NCBI GenBank assembly: GCA_947625045.1
Contig: CANQMW010000015.1
Location: forward strand, 1,429 to 65,428
Length of the DNA: 64,000 nucleotides
Origin: an uncultured Oscillospiraceae bacterium
Lineage (GTDB): Bacteria > Bacillota > Clostridia > Oscillospirales > Oscillospiraceae
Reading direction: 5' to 3'
Shown here: one piece after another, positions 1-9,005 of the stretch
Numbering within the stretch: the first letter of the stretch is position 1
Layout: every line of letters begins with the position of its first letter
Translations under genes and position numbers: made by a program
Notes under the pieces: model-generated
What the model was told of the DNA's origin: nothing
What the model saw: only the letters and a program-made list of their open reading frames with translations
Database searches by the model: none

Positions 1-1275
1 GGCCTTGCGCCCCTGTGGCAGTACAAGGATGGGGTCAACCGGGTCCTCTTTACCCCCAAGCGGAAAAAGCGCTCCCTCATGGCCTCCCTGGTCGTCGCCC
101 TGGTGCTGGCGGTGGTGCTGGGCCATCTGTGCCGTTTCCTGCCGGAGACGGTCCGGCTGGGGCTTTTGGATAAGCTGGTCACACCCGTATTTGACACCTT
201 CATGGGCCTTCTCACCGCCATATCCGGCCCCATGATATTCCTGTCGGTGACATGGGGCATCTGCTGCATCGGCGACGTGGCCTCCTTCGGCCGCATCGGC
301 AAGCGGATGATCACTATGTTCATCCTGCTCACCGTCATATTGTCGGTCGTCGGAGGGGCGGCCGTGCTGCCCTTCTTCCCCGTGACCGCGGGGGGCGGAC
401 AGGCCTTTGACCCATCGGAGCTGCTGGACATGGTGCTGGACATCGTGCCGGCCAACTTCTTCACCCCCTTCACGGAGGGCAACCCCCTGCAGATCATCTT
501 CGTGGCGGTGCTCATCGGCATAGCGCTGCTGCTTTTGGGGGAAAAGGTCTCTGTGGCGGCCACCTTCGTGGAGCAGTCCAACTACGTGGTCCAGCTCATC
601 ATGGAGGCGGTCAGCTCCCTGGTCCCCTTGTTCGTGTTCGGCAGCGTATTCAAGATGTTCCTGGGCAACGAGTTCCGGCTCCTGGCCCGGTCCTATAAGA
701 TCATCCCCGTCGTAGTCCTGGCCACGGCGGTGGTGATGGTATGCAGCCTGGCGATCGTGTGCGTCCGGCGGAAGGTCGGGCCCATGATCATTCTCAGGAA
801 GACCATGCCCACCTTCCTCATTGGCCTGAGCACCGCGTCCTCCGTGGCGGCCTACCCCACCAACCAGGAGTGCTGCGAAAGGAAACTGGGTATAGACGAG
901 AAGATCACCCGCTTCGGCATCCCTCTGGGGCAGGTCATCTACATGCCCGGCGCGTCGGTGCTGTTTCTGGTTGCGGGCTTTTGTATGGCGGAGACATACG
1001 GCGTGGCCATCACGCCGGCGTGGCTGCTGACGGCACTTTTCATCTGCGTGATGCTGGCCATCGCGGCGCCGCCGGTGCCGGGGTCGACGCTCACCTGCTA
1101 CACGCTGCTGTTCACCCAGCTGGGCATGCCCATGGAGGCCGTAGCCATCATGACGGCTCTGAACGTGATTTTGGAGTTCCTCGCCACGGCGTCGGACCTT
1201 TTCTGCCTGCAGCTGGCACTGACGGACCTGGGCGGCTCGCTGGATATGCTGGATATTGACACCTTGAGAAATTAG
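1..1275 (+). CDS. Dicarboxylate/amino acid:cation symporter (DAACS/SDF-type) transporter, 5'-truncated by window edge; paralog A of a tandem pair
   Basis: Frame 1 is open from nt 1 (GLAPLWQYKDGVNRVLFTPKRKKRS...). It aligns colinearly with roughly residues 103-526 of the downstream paralog. The body is polytopic and hydrophobic with shared blocks (GICCIGDVASFGRIGKRMI, FGIPLGQVIYMPG, LTCYTLLFTQLG). Confidence 0.8.
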   Translation, partial: GLAPLWQYKDGVNRVLFTPKRKKRSLMASLVVALVLAVVLGHLCRFLPETVRLGLLDKLVTPVFDTFMGLLTAISGPMIFLSVTWGICCIGDVASFGRIGKRMITMFILLTVILSVVGGAAVLPFFPVTAGGGQAFDPSELLDMVLDIVPANFFTPFTEGNPLQIIFVAVLIGIALLLLGEKVSVAATFVEQSNYVVQLIMEAVSSLVPLFVFGSVFKMFLGNEFRLLARSYKIIPVVVLATAVVMVCSLAIVCVRRKVGPMIILRKTMPTFLIGLSTASSVAAYPTNQECCERKLGIDEKITRFGIPLGQVIYMPGASVLFLVAGFCMAETYGVAITPAWLLTALFICVMLAIAAPPVPGSTLTCYTLLFTQLGMPMEAVAIMTALNVILEFLATASDLFCLQLALTDLGGSLDMLDIDTLRN

Positions 1276-1357
1276 ATATGGCAAGGAGAACGGACATGAA
1301 AAGAGGGCGAGGCCGCGCAGGCCCCGCCCTCTCCCTATGCATCCGGGCGGCTGGATG

Positions 1358-1412
1358 GCTTAAACGGCAGGTTTGACTGCGTAAACGTCAGATTTGACTG
1401 CGTAAACGTCAG
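1358..1412 (+). repeat. About 2.6 tandem copies of a 21-bp unit (TTTGACTGCGTAAACGTCAG), each with TGAC-N9-GTCA dyad symmetry; candidate operator upstream of paralog B
   Basis: Read directly: full copies at 1372-1391 and 1393-1412, plus a partial degenerate copy (GCTTAAACGGCAG) at 1358-1370. The repeats lie in the 215-bp gap between the two transporter genes. Confidence 0.6.
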
Positions 1413-1490
1413 CCGCCATGCGTTGAAGACGCCTTCGCAACATGATAAAGTTGAAAAAATTAAAAGATTATATGAGGGGAGGGCTGCTCA

Positions 1491-3071
1491 ATGGAGAGTG
1501 TGGACGAGAGATATGACCTGACAGGACCCGGCATCGACGCCGCCGGGGAGGCCGCCTATGGCTTCCTCACGGCGGACAAGGTGGAGCGAAAGAACGCCCT
1601 GCGGGTCTGCCTGGCCATGGAGGAGGCGCTGCTGCGCTATCGGGACAAGGGGACGGCAGAGGGGTTCACCCTGCGCTGCCGCCGGCGTTTTCGTGCCCCG
1701 CGGGTGGAGCTGGCCGTGCCCGGCCAGTCCCTGGACCCCCTGGCGGAGGAGGACGAGCCCAACAGCGGCGCGCTGACAGGCTTGATGGCCCATATGGGCC
1801 TGGCGCCCCTGTGGCAGTACAAGAACGGGGTGAACCGCGTCCTCTTCACCCCCAAGCGGAAAAAGCGCCCCCTTATGGGCTCCATGCTCACTGCTCTGGT
1901 GCTGGCGGTGGTACTAGGCCATCTGTGCAGGCTTCTGCCGGAGGCGGCACGGCTCATGCTTGCGGATAAGCTGGTCTCGCCGGTATTCGACACCTTCATG
2001 GGTTTTCTCACCGCCATATCCGGGCCCATGATATTCCTCTCGGTGACATGGGGCATCTGCTGCATCGGCGACGTGGCCTCCTTCGGCCGCATCGGCAAGC
2101 GGATGATCGCCAAGTTCATCCTGCTCACTGTCATCCTCGCGACCCTGTCGGGGGCGGCCATACTGCCCTTCTTCCCCTTGGCCGCGGGGGGCAGCCACAC
2201 CTTCGACCCGTCAGAGCTGTTGGACATGGTGCTGGATATCGTGCCCGCCAACTTCTTCACCCCCTTTACGGAGGGCAATCCCCTGCAGATCATATTCGTG
2301 GCGGTGCTCATTGGCGTGACCCTGCTGGTTTTGGGGGAGAAGGCCTCCGTGGCGGCTGCGTTCGTGGAGCAGTCCAACTACATGGTCCAGCTCATCATGG
2401 AGGCGGTCAGCTCTCTGGTCCCTGTGTTCGTGTTCGGCAGCGTCTTCAGGATGTTCCTGGGGGACGGATTCCGGCTCCTGGCCCGGTCCTATGAGATCAT
2501 CCCCATCATGGCTCTGGGGTTGGCGGTGGTGATGGCGTGCAGCCTTGCGCTGGTGTGTGTCCGGTGGAAGGCTGGGCCCATGACGGTTCTGAAAAAGACC
2601 ATGCCCACCTTCCTCGTAGGCCTGAGCACCGCGTCCTCCGTTGCGGCCTATCCCGCCAACCAGGAGTGCTGCGAAAACGGGTTGGGCATACATGAAAAAA
2701 TAACCCGCTTCGGCATCCCCCTGGGGCAGGTCATATACATGCCCGGCGGGGCGGTGCAGCTTCTGGTCTCCTGTCTCTGCATGGCGGAGATATACGATGT
2801 GACCATCACGCCGGCGTGGCTGCTGACGGCGCTTTTCATCTGCGTGATGCTGGCCATCGCGGCGCCGCCGGTGCCAGGGGCGCCGCTCACCTGCTACACG
2901 CTGCTGTTCACCCAGCTGGGCGTGCCCATGGAGGCCGTGGCCATCATGACGGCCCTGAACGTGATATTGGAGTTCCTCTCCACGGCAGCGAACCTGTTCT
3001 GTCTGCAGATGGCGCTGACGGACCTGGGCGGCTCGCTGGAGATGCTGGATATTGACACATTGAGAAACTGA
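1491..3071 (+). CDS. DAACS/SDF-type symporter with a ~125-aa cytoplasmic N-terminal extension; paralog B
   Basis: 526-aa ORF. A purine-rich GGGGAGGG lies 9 nt upstream of the ATG. The C-terminal ~400 aa is nearly colinear with 1..1275. The N-terminal soluble domain is MESVDERYDL...RVCLAMEEALLRYRDKG...VELAVPGQSLDPL. Confidence 0.85.
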   Translation: MESVDERYDLTGPGIDAAGEAAYGFLTADKVERKNALRVCLAMEEALLRYRDKGTAEGFTLRCRRRFRAPRVELAVPGQSLDPLAEEDEPNSGALTGLMAHMGLAPLWQYKNGVNRVLFTPKRKKRPLMGSMLTALVLAVVLGHLCRLLPEAARLMLADKLVSPVFDTFMGFLTAISGPMIFLSVTWGICCIGDVASFGRIGKRMIAKFILLTVILATLSGAAILPFFPLAAGGSHTFDPSELLDMVLDIVPANFFTPFTEGNPLQIIFVAVLIGVTLLVLGEKASVAAAFVEQSNYMVQLIMEAVSSLVPVFVFGSVFRMFLGDGFRLLARSYEIIPIMALGLAVVMACSLALVCVRWKAGPMTVLKKTMPTFLVGLSTASSVAAYPANQECCENGLGIHEKITRFGIPLGQVIYMPGGAVQLLVSCLCMAEIYDVTITPAWLLTALFICVMLAIAAPPVPGAPLTCYTLLFTQLGVPMEAVAIMTALNVILEFLSTAANLFCLQMALTDLGGSLEMLDIDTLRN

Positions 3072-3092
3072 CAAAGGGAAAGGAGAACAGAC

Positions 3093-4346
3093 ATGGATAA
3101 CGAAAAAGAACTGCGGGAACGGACAAATCCGGTGTTCAACACCGCCAAGGCGACGGTGATGAACATCTGCCTCTCCGGCGACAGAGACGCCCGCCTGCTG
3201 GCCCAACGGCTTGGTATCGACACCGACTCTGTCATGCACGGCAGCGAGCAGGAGGCCATGTTCGGCCTGGCCAACCGGGCCGTCATCGAGACCCGCTACC
3301 GGACCATGAACGCCCTTATAAGCGCCCTGGGCATGGGCACGGTCCTGGATATCCCCTGCGGCTATACGCCCCGGGCCCTGAACGAGGCCTTCCGGGATAC
3401 GCATTACATAGGCTGCGACCTGCCCGCGGTCATCGACGAGGTGGGCCCGGCCATAGGGGCCATGCTGGAAGAGCGGGGCGTGAAGAACAAGGAGTTCCGC
3501 AGCGCCGACGCCACCAACTACGCCTCCCTGCGCAGCGCCCTGGACACGGTGGAGGGGGAGCTGTGCATCACCACCGAGGGGCTGGTCATGTACCTGAGCG
3601 GCAATGAGCTTTCGGAGCTGTGCGCCAATATCCGGAGCCTTCTCAAAGAATTCGGCGGCTGCTGGGTGACCTATGACCCGGAGTCCAGTTCCATCACCAT
3701 GGCGACCATGAAGAGCATCGTGGGCGAGGAGGCTCTGAAGACCATGCTGGCCTCCTGGAAGGCCCTGTCCGACAAGTCCGACCTGGCCATGAGCACGGAT
3801 CTGAACGTGATGAACGTCAGCGCCTTCGACTACCAAAACGGCGTTGCCAAACTGACGGACTACCTCCGCTCCATGGGCCTCAAAGCCGAGCGCATCCCCG
3901 TGGTCCGCTATATGCCGGAGCTCAATACCACCGCCGACCTGCCTGAGGAGACGAGGGTGGGCGTCAGGAAGGCGCTGGGGCCTCTGTGCATCTGGAAGAT
4001 GACCCTGGACGAGGCGTACGCTCCCGCCCAGCCCGCCGGTGAGGGCGGCCGCTTCGCCGTGGACGTGAAGACGGAGGTTGGCGTCATGACTGTGGCATTG
4101 CGGGGCCGGGTGGACTCCATGACCGCGCCGGGGTTCCTCGCGGCCTACGAGCAGGCCGCGGCGGCAGAAACGCCGGAGAAGATCGTCGTGGACGCCTCCG
4201 CTCTGGAGTACATCTCCTCCGCGGGACTGCGGGTGCTGCTCATCATGATGAAAGCCGTGGGCGGCGGGAACCTCACCGTCACCGGGCAGAACGAGACCGT
4301 GCAGGCCATCTTTGAGCAGACCGGCTTCGCGGACATGATAGGATGA
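3093..4346 (+). CDS. Fusion protein: class I SAM-dependent methyltransferase-like N-domain plus C-terminal STAS (SpoIIAA-like) domain
   Basis: RBS AAAGGAGAA precedes the ATG. VLDIPCGYTP resembles SAM motif I. The C-terminal ~100 aa (MTVALRGRVDSMTAPGF...ALEYISSAGLRVLLIMMK...LTVTGQNETVQAIFEQTGF) reads as a STAS fold. Confidence 0.7.
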   Translation: MDNEKELRERTNPVFNTAKATVMNICLSGDRDARLLAQRLGIDTDSVMHGSEQEAMFGLANRAVIETRYRTMNALISALGMGTVLDIPCGYTPRALNEAFRDTHYIGCDLPAVIDEVGPAIGAMLEERGVKNKEFRSADATNYASLRSALDTVEGELCITTEGLVMYLSGNELSELCANIRSLLKEFGGCWVTYDPESSSITMATMKSIVGEEALKTMLASWKALSDKSDLAMSTDLNVMNVSAFDYQNGVAKLTDYLRSMGLKAERIPVVRYMPELNTTADLPEETRVGVRKALGPLCIWKMTLDEAYAPAQPAGEGGRFAVDVKTEVGVMTVALRGRVDSMTAPGFLAAYEQAAAAETPEKIVVDASALEYISSAGLRVLLIMMKAVGGGNLTVTGQNETVQAIFEQTGFADMIG

Positions 4347-4358
4347 AGAGAAAAACCG

Positions 4359-4387
4359 GGCGCGCTCAGAGCGCGCCTGTTTTTTTC
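4359..4387 (+). terminator. Rho-independent terminator
   Basis: GGCGCGC-TCAGA-GCGCGCC stem-loop followed by TGTTTTTTT, immediately after the 4346 stop. Confidence 0.8.
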
Positions 4388-4464
4388 GCCTTTGCCAGGG
4401 ATGGACGGGACGGGCGGAATGTGATATGATTGGGCGCGGATGATTTTTTTGGGGAGGCATTCCT

Positions 4465-5241
4465 ATGCTCTTAAAGCGCGACATGCTCTTCACACCAGCG
4501 GGGAAAAACCGCCCGCTACATATCTGGCTGCCGGAGGGATACGAGAGCTCCACAGAGCGCTATCCGGTCATGTACTTCTTTGACGGCCACAACCTCTTCT
4601 CCGACGCCGACGCCACCTACGGCAAGAGCTGGGGCCTGCTTGAGTTCCTGCAAGGCTGGGAAAAGCCCCTCATCGTGGTTGGCATTGAGTGCGGCCACGA
4701 GGGCAACGAGCGGCTATATGAGTACTGCCCCTACCACTTCACGGGCAAGTTCTGGGGCGACATCCAGGGCACCGGGGCGGCGACCATGGACTTCATGGCC
4801 TATGAGCTGAAGCCCATGATCGACCGGGAATACCGCACCTACCCCTTCCGGGAGGCCACGGCCATCGGCGGGTCCTCCATGGGCGGGCTGATGAGCCTCT
4901 ACGCCGCCATAAAGTACAACGATGTCTACTCCAAAGCCGCCTGCGTCTCCAGCTCCATCTCCCCCTGCATGCCCGCCCTGCGGGCGGATATCTGGGGCTC
5001 GGCCATGGACCCGGACACCCGGGTCTATCTCTCCTGGGGAACCAAAGAGGCCAACAGCCGCCGCGGCCACGTGGGAGACTACGAGACCACCACGGCGAAA
5101 AATAATCTCGCCGTCGCCAAGATGCTGGAGGAAAAGGGCGCCCGCACCCGGGTCGTCTGCCAGCAGGGCGGCAATCACAACGAGGCCAGCTGGGAGAAGC
5201 TGGTCCCGGGATTCATGGACTTTTTGTGGCTGGACAGATAA
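4465..5241 (+). CDS. Esterase family alpha/beta hydrolase (putative esterase / esterase D-like)
   Basis: 258 aa, RBS GGGGAGG. GGSSMGG matches a GxSxG nucleophile elbow. N-terminal PVMYFFDGHNLF is typical of the putative-esterase family. Confidence 0.7.
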   Translation: MLLKRDMLFTPAGKNRPLHIWLPEGYESSTERYPVMYFFDGHNLFSDADATYGKSWGLLEFLQGWEKPLIVVGIECGHEGNERLYEYCPYHFTGKFWGDIQGTGAATMDFMAYELKPMIDREYRTYPFREATAIGGSSMGGLMSLYAAIKYNDVYSKAACVSSSISPCMPALRADIWGSAMDPDTRVYLSWGTKEANSRRGHVGDYETTTAKNNLAVAKMLEEKGARTRVVCQQGGNHNEASWEKLVPGFMDFLWLDR

Positions 5242-5256
5242 AGAAGGCGATCTTAC

Positions 5257-6723
5257 ATGGTCAAGGCAAAACGGCGCTATACGCTCTTCACGGCGCGGCA
5301 GCTTCTGTGGCTGGTGCTGCCCATCGTCATCGAGCAGATCTTCTCCACCTCCCTAGGCTTTTTCGACTCGCTGATGGTGTCCAACATCCACGCCGCCCAG
5401 GCGGTGCGCAGCAACGCCAGCAATGCCATCGGGAACGTGGACTACATCAACAACCTCATCATCCAGCTCTTTTCCGCCTTCGCCACCGGCGGCGCCATCG
5501 TCACCTCCCAGGCCCTGGGGGCCAAAGACCTGCCCCGGGCCAACAAGGTGGCGAAGCAGCTCTTAGCCCTGGTGGTGTGCATCTCCCTGGCCGTGGGCGG
5601 GGCCTGCCTCATCCTAAATAAGCCCATACTCCGGCTTTTCTACGGCAATGTGGACGGCTCTACCTTCGCCTACCAGCGGACCTACTTTTACGTCACCGCC
5701 GTCTCCTTCCCGTTCATCGGGCTGTTCAATGCCTGCGCGGCGCTGCTGCGGGCCCAGCGGAAGAGCTTTTCCTCCATGGCCAGCGCGGCCATCAGCTGCG
5801 TACTGAACGTGGGGCTGAACGCCCTGTTTTTATTCGTGCTGGGCATGGGCGTGCTGGGCGCGGGCCTGGCCACCCTCTTCTGCCGGGCCATCCCGGCGGT
5901 ATTCATGCTGGGTCTGCTGGCCCGGAAAGACAACCCCGTGCGGGTGCGGATATGGGAGCGGTTCCGCTTCGACGGGGCCATGATAAAGAGCATATTGAAG
6001 CTGGCCATCCCCAGCGGCGTGGAGTCGGCGCTGTTCCAGCTGGGCAAGCTCATGACCAATACCTTTGTGAACGCGGCCGTGTACGCCACCGGGGCCAAGA
6101 GCCTCACTGGCCTGGACGAGGCGGGAAGGGTCATCCACATCAACATCCAGGCCAACGGCAACACCATCGCGAACCAAATAAACAACTTCGCCTCGGTGGT
6201 GGGCGGCGGCGTGGGCACCTCCTGCCTCACGGTCATTGGCCAGGCGGTGGGCGCCGGCGACCCGGACCAGGTCAAGTACTACATGAAGCGGATGCTGGTC
6301 ATATCCTATGTGACCAACGCCCTCTGCGTGGGCACGTTCCTGGCGCTGATGCCCTTCCTCACCGGGCTCTACGGCTACGTGGCCGAGGCCAAGGCGATAG
6401 GAAAACAGTGTCTATTCTTCTGCCTGACGCTGCAGTTTTTCACCTATCCCCTCTCCTTCACCGCCCCGGGGATACTGAAGGCCACCAGCGACGTGAAATA
6501 TGTGATGTACAGCGCGGTCCTCTCCATGTTCCTCATGCGGGTGACGCTGGCGTTTTTGCTCACCACGGACCGCATCCCCGGCATGCCTCAGCTGGGCGCC
6601 ATGGGCTACTGGATCGGCATGGGCTCCGACTGGGCGCTGCGCTCCGTCCTCTTCTCCGCGCGCCTGCTCTCCGGCCGGTGGAAGAAGGCCTCCGGGCTCA
6701 TCCGGGAGAGCGGGACATCTTGA
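5257..6723 (+). CDS. MATE family efflux transporter
   Basis: 488 aa, about 12 predicted TM segments. The N-terminal LWLVLPIVIEQIFSTSLGFFDSLMV pattern is typical of MATE/DinF-like pumps. Confidence 0.75.
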   Translation: MVKAKRRYTLFTARQLLWLVLPIVIEQIFSTSLGFFDSLMVSNIHAAQAVRSNASNAIGNVDYINNLIIQLFSAFATGGAIVTSQALGAKDLPRANKVAKQLLALVVCISLAVGGACLILNKPILRLFYGNVDGSTFAYQRTYFYVTAVSFPFIGLFNACAALLRAQRKSFSSMASAAISCVLNVGLNALFLFVLGMGVLGAGLATLFCRAIPAVFMLGLLARKDNPVRVRIWERFRFDGAMIKSILKLAIPSGVESALFQLGKLMTNTFVNAAVYATGAKSLTGLDEAGRVIHINIQANGNTIANQINNFASVVGGGVGTSCLTVIGQAVGAGDPDQVKYYMKRMLVISYVTNALCVGTFLALMPFLTGLYGYVAEAKAIGKQCLFFCLTLQFFTYPLSFTAPGILKATSDVKYVMYSAVLSMFLMRVTLAFLLTTDRIPGMPQLGAMGYWIGMGSDWALRSVLFSARLLSGRWKKASGLIRESGTS

Positions 6724-6785
6724 TTTCCATAGGGCGTTGGTAGTATAATATCTGTACCACATTTTTTGGAAAAGAGGGTATTTTC

Positions 6786-7304
6786 ATGCTGGATAAAAAG
6801 ATCGCCAAGCTGCTGAACGAGCAGGTCAACAAGGAGCTCTATTCGGCCTATCTCTATCTGGACTTCGCCAACTACTACGCCGACGAGGGGCTGGACGGCT
6901 TCGCCCACTGGTACGAGGTCCAGGCCCAGGAGGAGCGGGACCACGCCTTCATGATCCGCCGCTATCTCATCAACAGCGGCGTGAAGGTGGAGTTCCTGCC
7001 CATCGCCAAGCCCGACAAGGAGTTCAAAAACCACCTGGCACCCCTGGAGGCGGGCTATGAGCACGAGCAGTACGTGACCTCCCTCATCACCGCCATCTAC
7101 CACGAGGCCTTTGAGCAGAAGGACTACAAGACCATGCAGTTCCTCGACTGGTTCATCAAGGAGCAGGGCGAGGAGGAGACCAACGCCGACGATATGGTGA
7201 AGAAGATGAAGCTCTTCGGAACCGACGCCAAGGGCCTGTACGCCCTGAACCAGGAGCTGGCCGCCCGGGTCTATACCCCCTCCGCCACCGGCCCCGCCAT
7301 GTAA
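6786..7304 (+). CDS. ftn: Non-heme ferritin
   Basis: 172 aa. Ferroxidase-centre pattern: NKELYSAYLYL...HWYEVQAQEERDHAF...EHEQYVT... Confidence 0.85.
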   Translation: MLDKKIAKLLNEQVNKELYSAYLYLDFANYYADEGLDGFAHWYEVQAQEERDHAFMIRRYLINSGVKVEFLPIAKPDKEFKNHLAPLEAGYEHEQYVTSLITAIYHEAFEQKDYKTMQFLDWFIKEQGEEETNADDMVKKMKLFGTDAKGLYALNQELAARVYTPSATGPAM

Positions 7305-7322
7305 CAACGCTCTATACGGCAC

Positions 7323-7361
7323 AAAAAACACAGGTACGGAAAAACGTACCTGTGTTTTTTA
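7323..7361. terminator. Bidirectional Rho-independent terminator between convergent genes
   Basis: AAAAAACACAGGTACG-GAAAAA-CGTACCTGTGTTTTTT: an 11-bp stem flanked by an A-run and a T-run. Confidence 0.85.
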
Positions 7362-7419
7362 TATACTTTGGTGTTGGCCGGTTTTGCGGTCCGTTCCGGG
7401 GGACCGGGGCGGGCGGTTT

Positions 7420-7800
7420 TTATTGGGCCTTCTTCAGCTCCGACACTTCCTGCATCAGAGACTTGACGACGGACTTGAGGAAAACGACGTCGTCCTCCAA
7501 GTTGTCGACCCGGCTCTTTGGGGCCAAGGTCTCCAAAAGCGTCTGATGCCCCTCTGCCAGCAGCTGGAAGTTGGGCATAACAGCGGCTTCAATGTAGGCC
7601 ATGATGCGATTCTCCGAGGCGTCGATCTTCGCCGTCATGCGCTCTTCGGAGGCGGCGATGGAGGCGTCGATCTTCGCCGTCATACGCTCTTCGGAGGCGG
7701 CGATGGAGGTGTCGATCTTCGCCGTCATGCGCTCTTCGGAGGCGGCGATAGAGGTGTCTATCAGTTCTTTGATGGCTTGCAGGTCTTGCTTGTCTAACAT
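7420..7800 (-). CDS. Small coiled-coil protein of unknown function with in-frame 15-aa tandem repeats
   Basis: ATG at 7800 preceded by GGAGGT (MLDKQDLQAIKELID...). The unit IDxSIAASEERMTAK occurs three times with partial copies either side. Confidence 0.65.
   Translation of the reverse strand: MLDKQDLQAIKELIDTSIAASEERMTAKIDTSIAASEERMTAKIDASIAASEERMTAKIDASENRIMAYIEAAVMPNFQLLAEGHQTLLETLAPKSRVDNLEDDVVFLKSVVKSLMQEVSELKKAQ
7600..7764 (-). repeat. 45-bp in-frame tandem repeat, about 3.6 copies
   Basis: Units at 7618-7662, 7663-7707 and 7708-7752 are near-identical (GGCGTCGATCTTCGCCGTCATGCGCTCTTCGGAGGCGGCGATGGA). Degenerate partial copies flank them. Confidence 0.9.
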
Positions 7801-7944
7801 GGTATACCTCCAGAAGTGACCACCTGCTCTCTGACAAGAACAGCGATCATTTCGCAAAATCGAGTTAGGCTGGCCGGGACCGGCAGCGCTTTTTGCGCTT
7901 ATAGTATAATCGCCATATCTAAAATCGTCAAGTCCGTTCCGCCT

Positions 7945-8832
7945 TTACGGCAATAGCGCCACCGCCGCCCGGACCGCCGGGCGCAGGGGCTCGGCGCGCC
8001 AATAGATGACGTCGTCGAAGTAGAGGTCGTCCACCGGGATGAGCCGCACGTTGGGGTCGGAAACGATGCGGTTATTCTCCGAGATGACGGAGATGCCGAT
8101 GCCCGCCTCTACGTACAGGAGCAGCGTCTCGATGGAGGCGGCCTCCCGGATGATGCGGGGCTCGAACCCCGCCCGGCGGCACACCTCCTGGAGGGTGCGG
8201 AAGCCCTGGGGCGTCTCCTCCTGGGAAAGGGCGATGAAGCTCTCGTCCCGGAGCATGGGCAATGTCACCGTGTCGTGCTGGGCCATGGGGTCCCGGGCGT
8301 TGATGGCGATGACGCCCCGGCAGGTGCTCATGATGCGCCGGACCATGGACGCGGGGATGGGCGGGGTTATGCCGCTGACCTCGCTGGTGACGATCATGTC
8401 CAGGCGGCCCGCGCCGAACTCCTGCCACAGCTTATGCATGCTGCACCGCTCCAGGCGCAGGAGGATATCCGGGTGCTCATCCTGGAAGCTTCTCAGCTGC
8501 TGAGGCACCATGGAGGACACGTTCACGCCCTCCAGCACCCCCAGAGACAGGACGCTGTCCTGCTCCTGCTGCAGGGCCCGGGCCTCCAGCAGGGACTGGT
8601 CTATCTTGTCCAGGGCCTCGGCCCACTCCTGGCTCAAAAGCCTGCCCGCCTCCGTGAGGCGCACCTGCTTGCCCACCCGGTGGAAAAGCCGCACCCCGGT
8701 GGTGTGCTCCAGCTCCGCGATGCGCTTGCTCAAATTGGGCTGGGCCGTATAGAGCTCGTTGGCTGCCCGGGAGAAGTTCTCATACCGGGCCGCCGTGATG
8801 AAATACCGGATGGCGTTCAGGGAAATGTTCAT
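7945..8832 (-). CDS. LysR family transcriptional regulator
   Basis: 295 aa. The N-terminal wHTH (IRYFITAARYENFSRAANELYTAQPNLSKRIAELE) and a LysR substrate-binding C-domain are both present. The gene is divergent from the glycosidase operon. Confidence 0.9.
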   Translation of the reverse strand: MNISLNAIRYFITAARYENFSRAANELYTAQPNLSKRIAELEHTTGVRLFHRVGKQVRLTEAGRLLSQEWAEALDKIDQSLLEARALQQEQDSVLSLGVLEGVNVSSMVPQQLRSFQDEHPDILLRLERCSMHKLWQEFGAGRLDMIVTSEVSGITPPIPASMVRRIMSTCRGVIAINARDPMAQHDTVTLPMLRDESFIALSQEETPQGFRTLQEVCRRAGFEPRIIREAASIETLLLYVEAGIGISVISENNRIVSDPNVRLIPVDDLYFDDVIYWRAEPLRPAVRAAVALLP

Positions 8833-8913
8833 GCCTTACACATCCTCTCGGGGAGAGTATAGCATATTTATTCCCTTTTGTATATATAAAAATGGAAAAC
8901 AGATATTTCTTAT

Positions 8914-8928
8914 TTGTTTAATGAACAA
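8914..8928. promoter_or_regulatory. Candidate LysR-type box (TTGTT-N5-AACAA dyad) in the divergent promoter region
   Basis: TTGTTTAATGAACAA is read directly in the AT-rich 173-bp region between the LysR gene and the HAD gene. The assignment is by analogy to T-N11-A boxes only. Confidence 0.3.
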
Positions 8929-9005
8929 TTATAATAAGAGAATACGAAGCGTTTTTATGCAATTCTGATATTTTACGGGGCGCTTTTCATCGAAAGGAGG
9001 AGGCT

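Noticed and set aside
2211-4553. 780-aa minus-strand ORF spanning two plus-strand genes and an intergenic terminator
   Set aside because: This is a typical high-GC antisense shadow, rich in Gly/Arg/His/Pro. It crosses a clear terminator, and the sense-strand genes have RBSs and recognisable domains.
7600-7764. Regular 45-bp repeats considered as a possible CRISPR array (likewise the 54-bp repeats at 38798-39031)
   Set aside because: The units are directly abutting with no spacers. They are in frame within ORFs that have good starts, and they encode coherent peptide repeats. No cas genes are present in the window.
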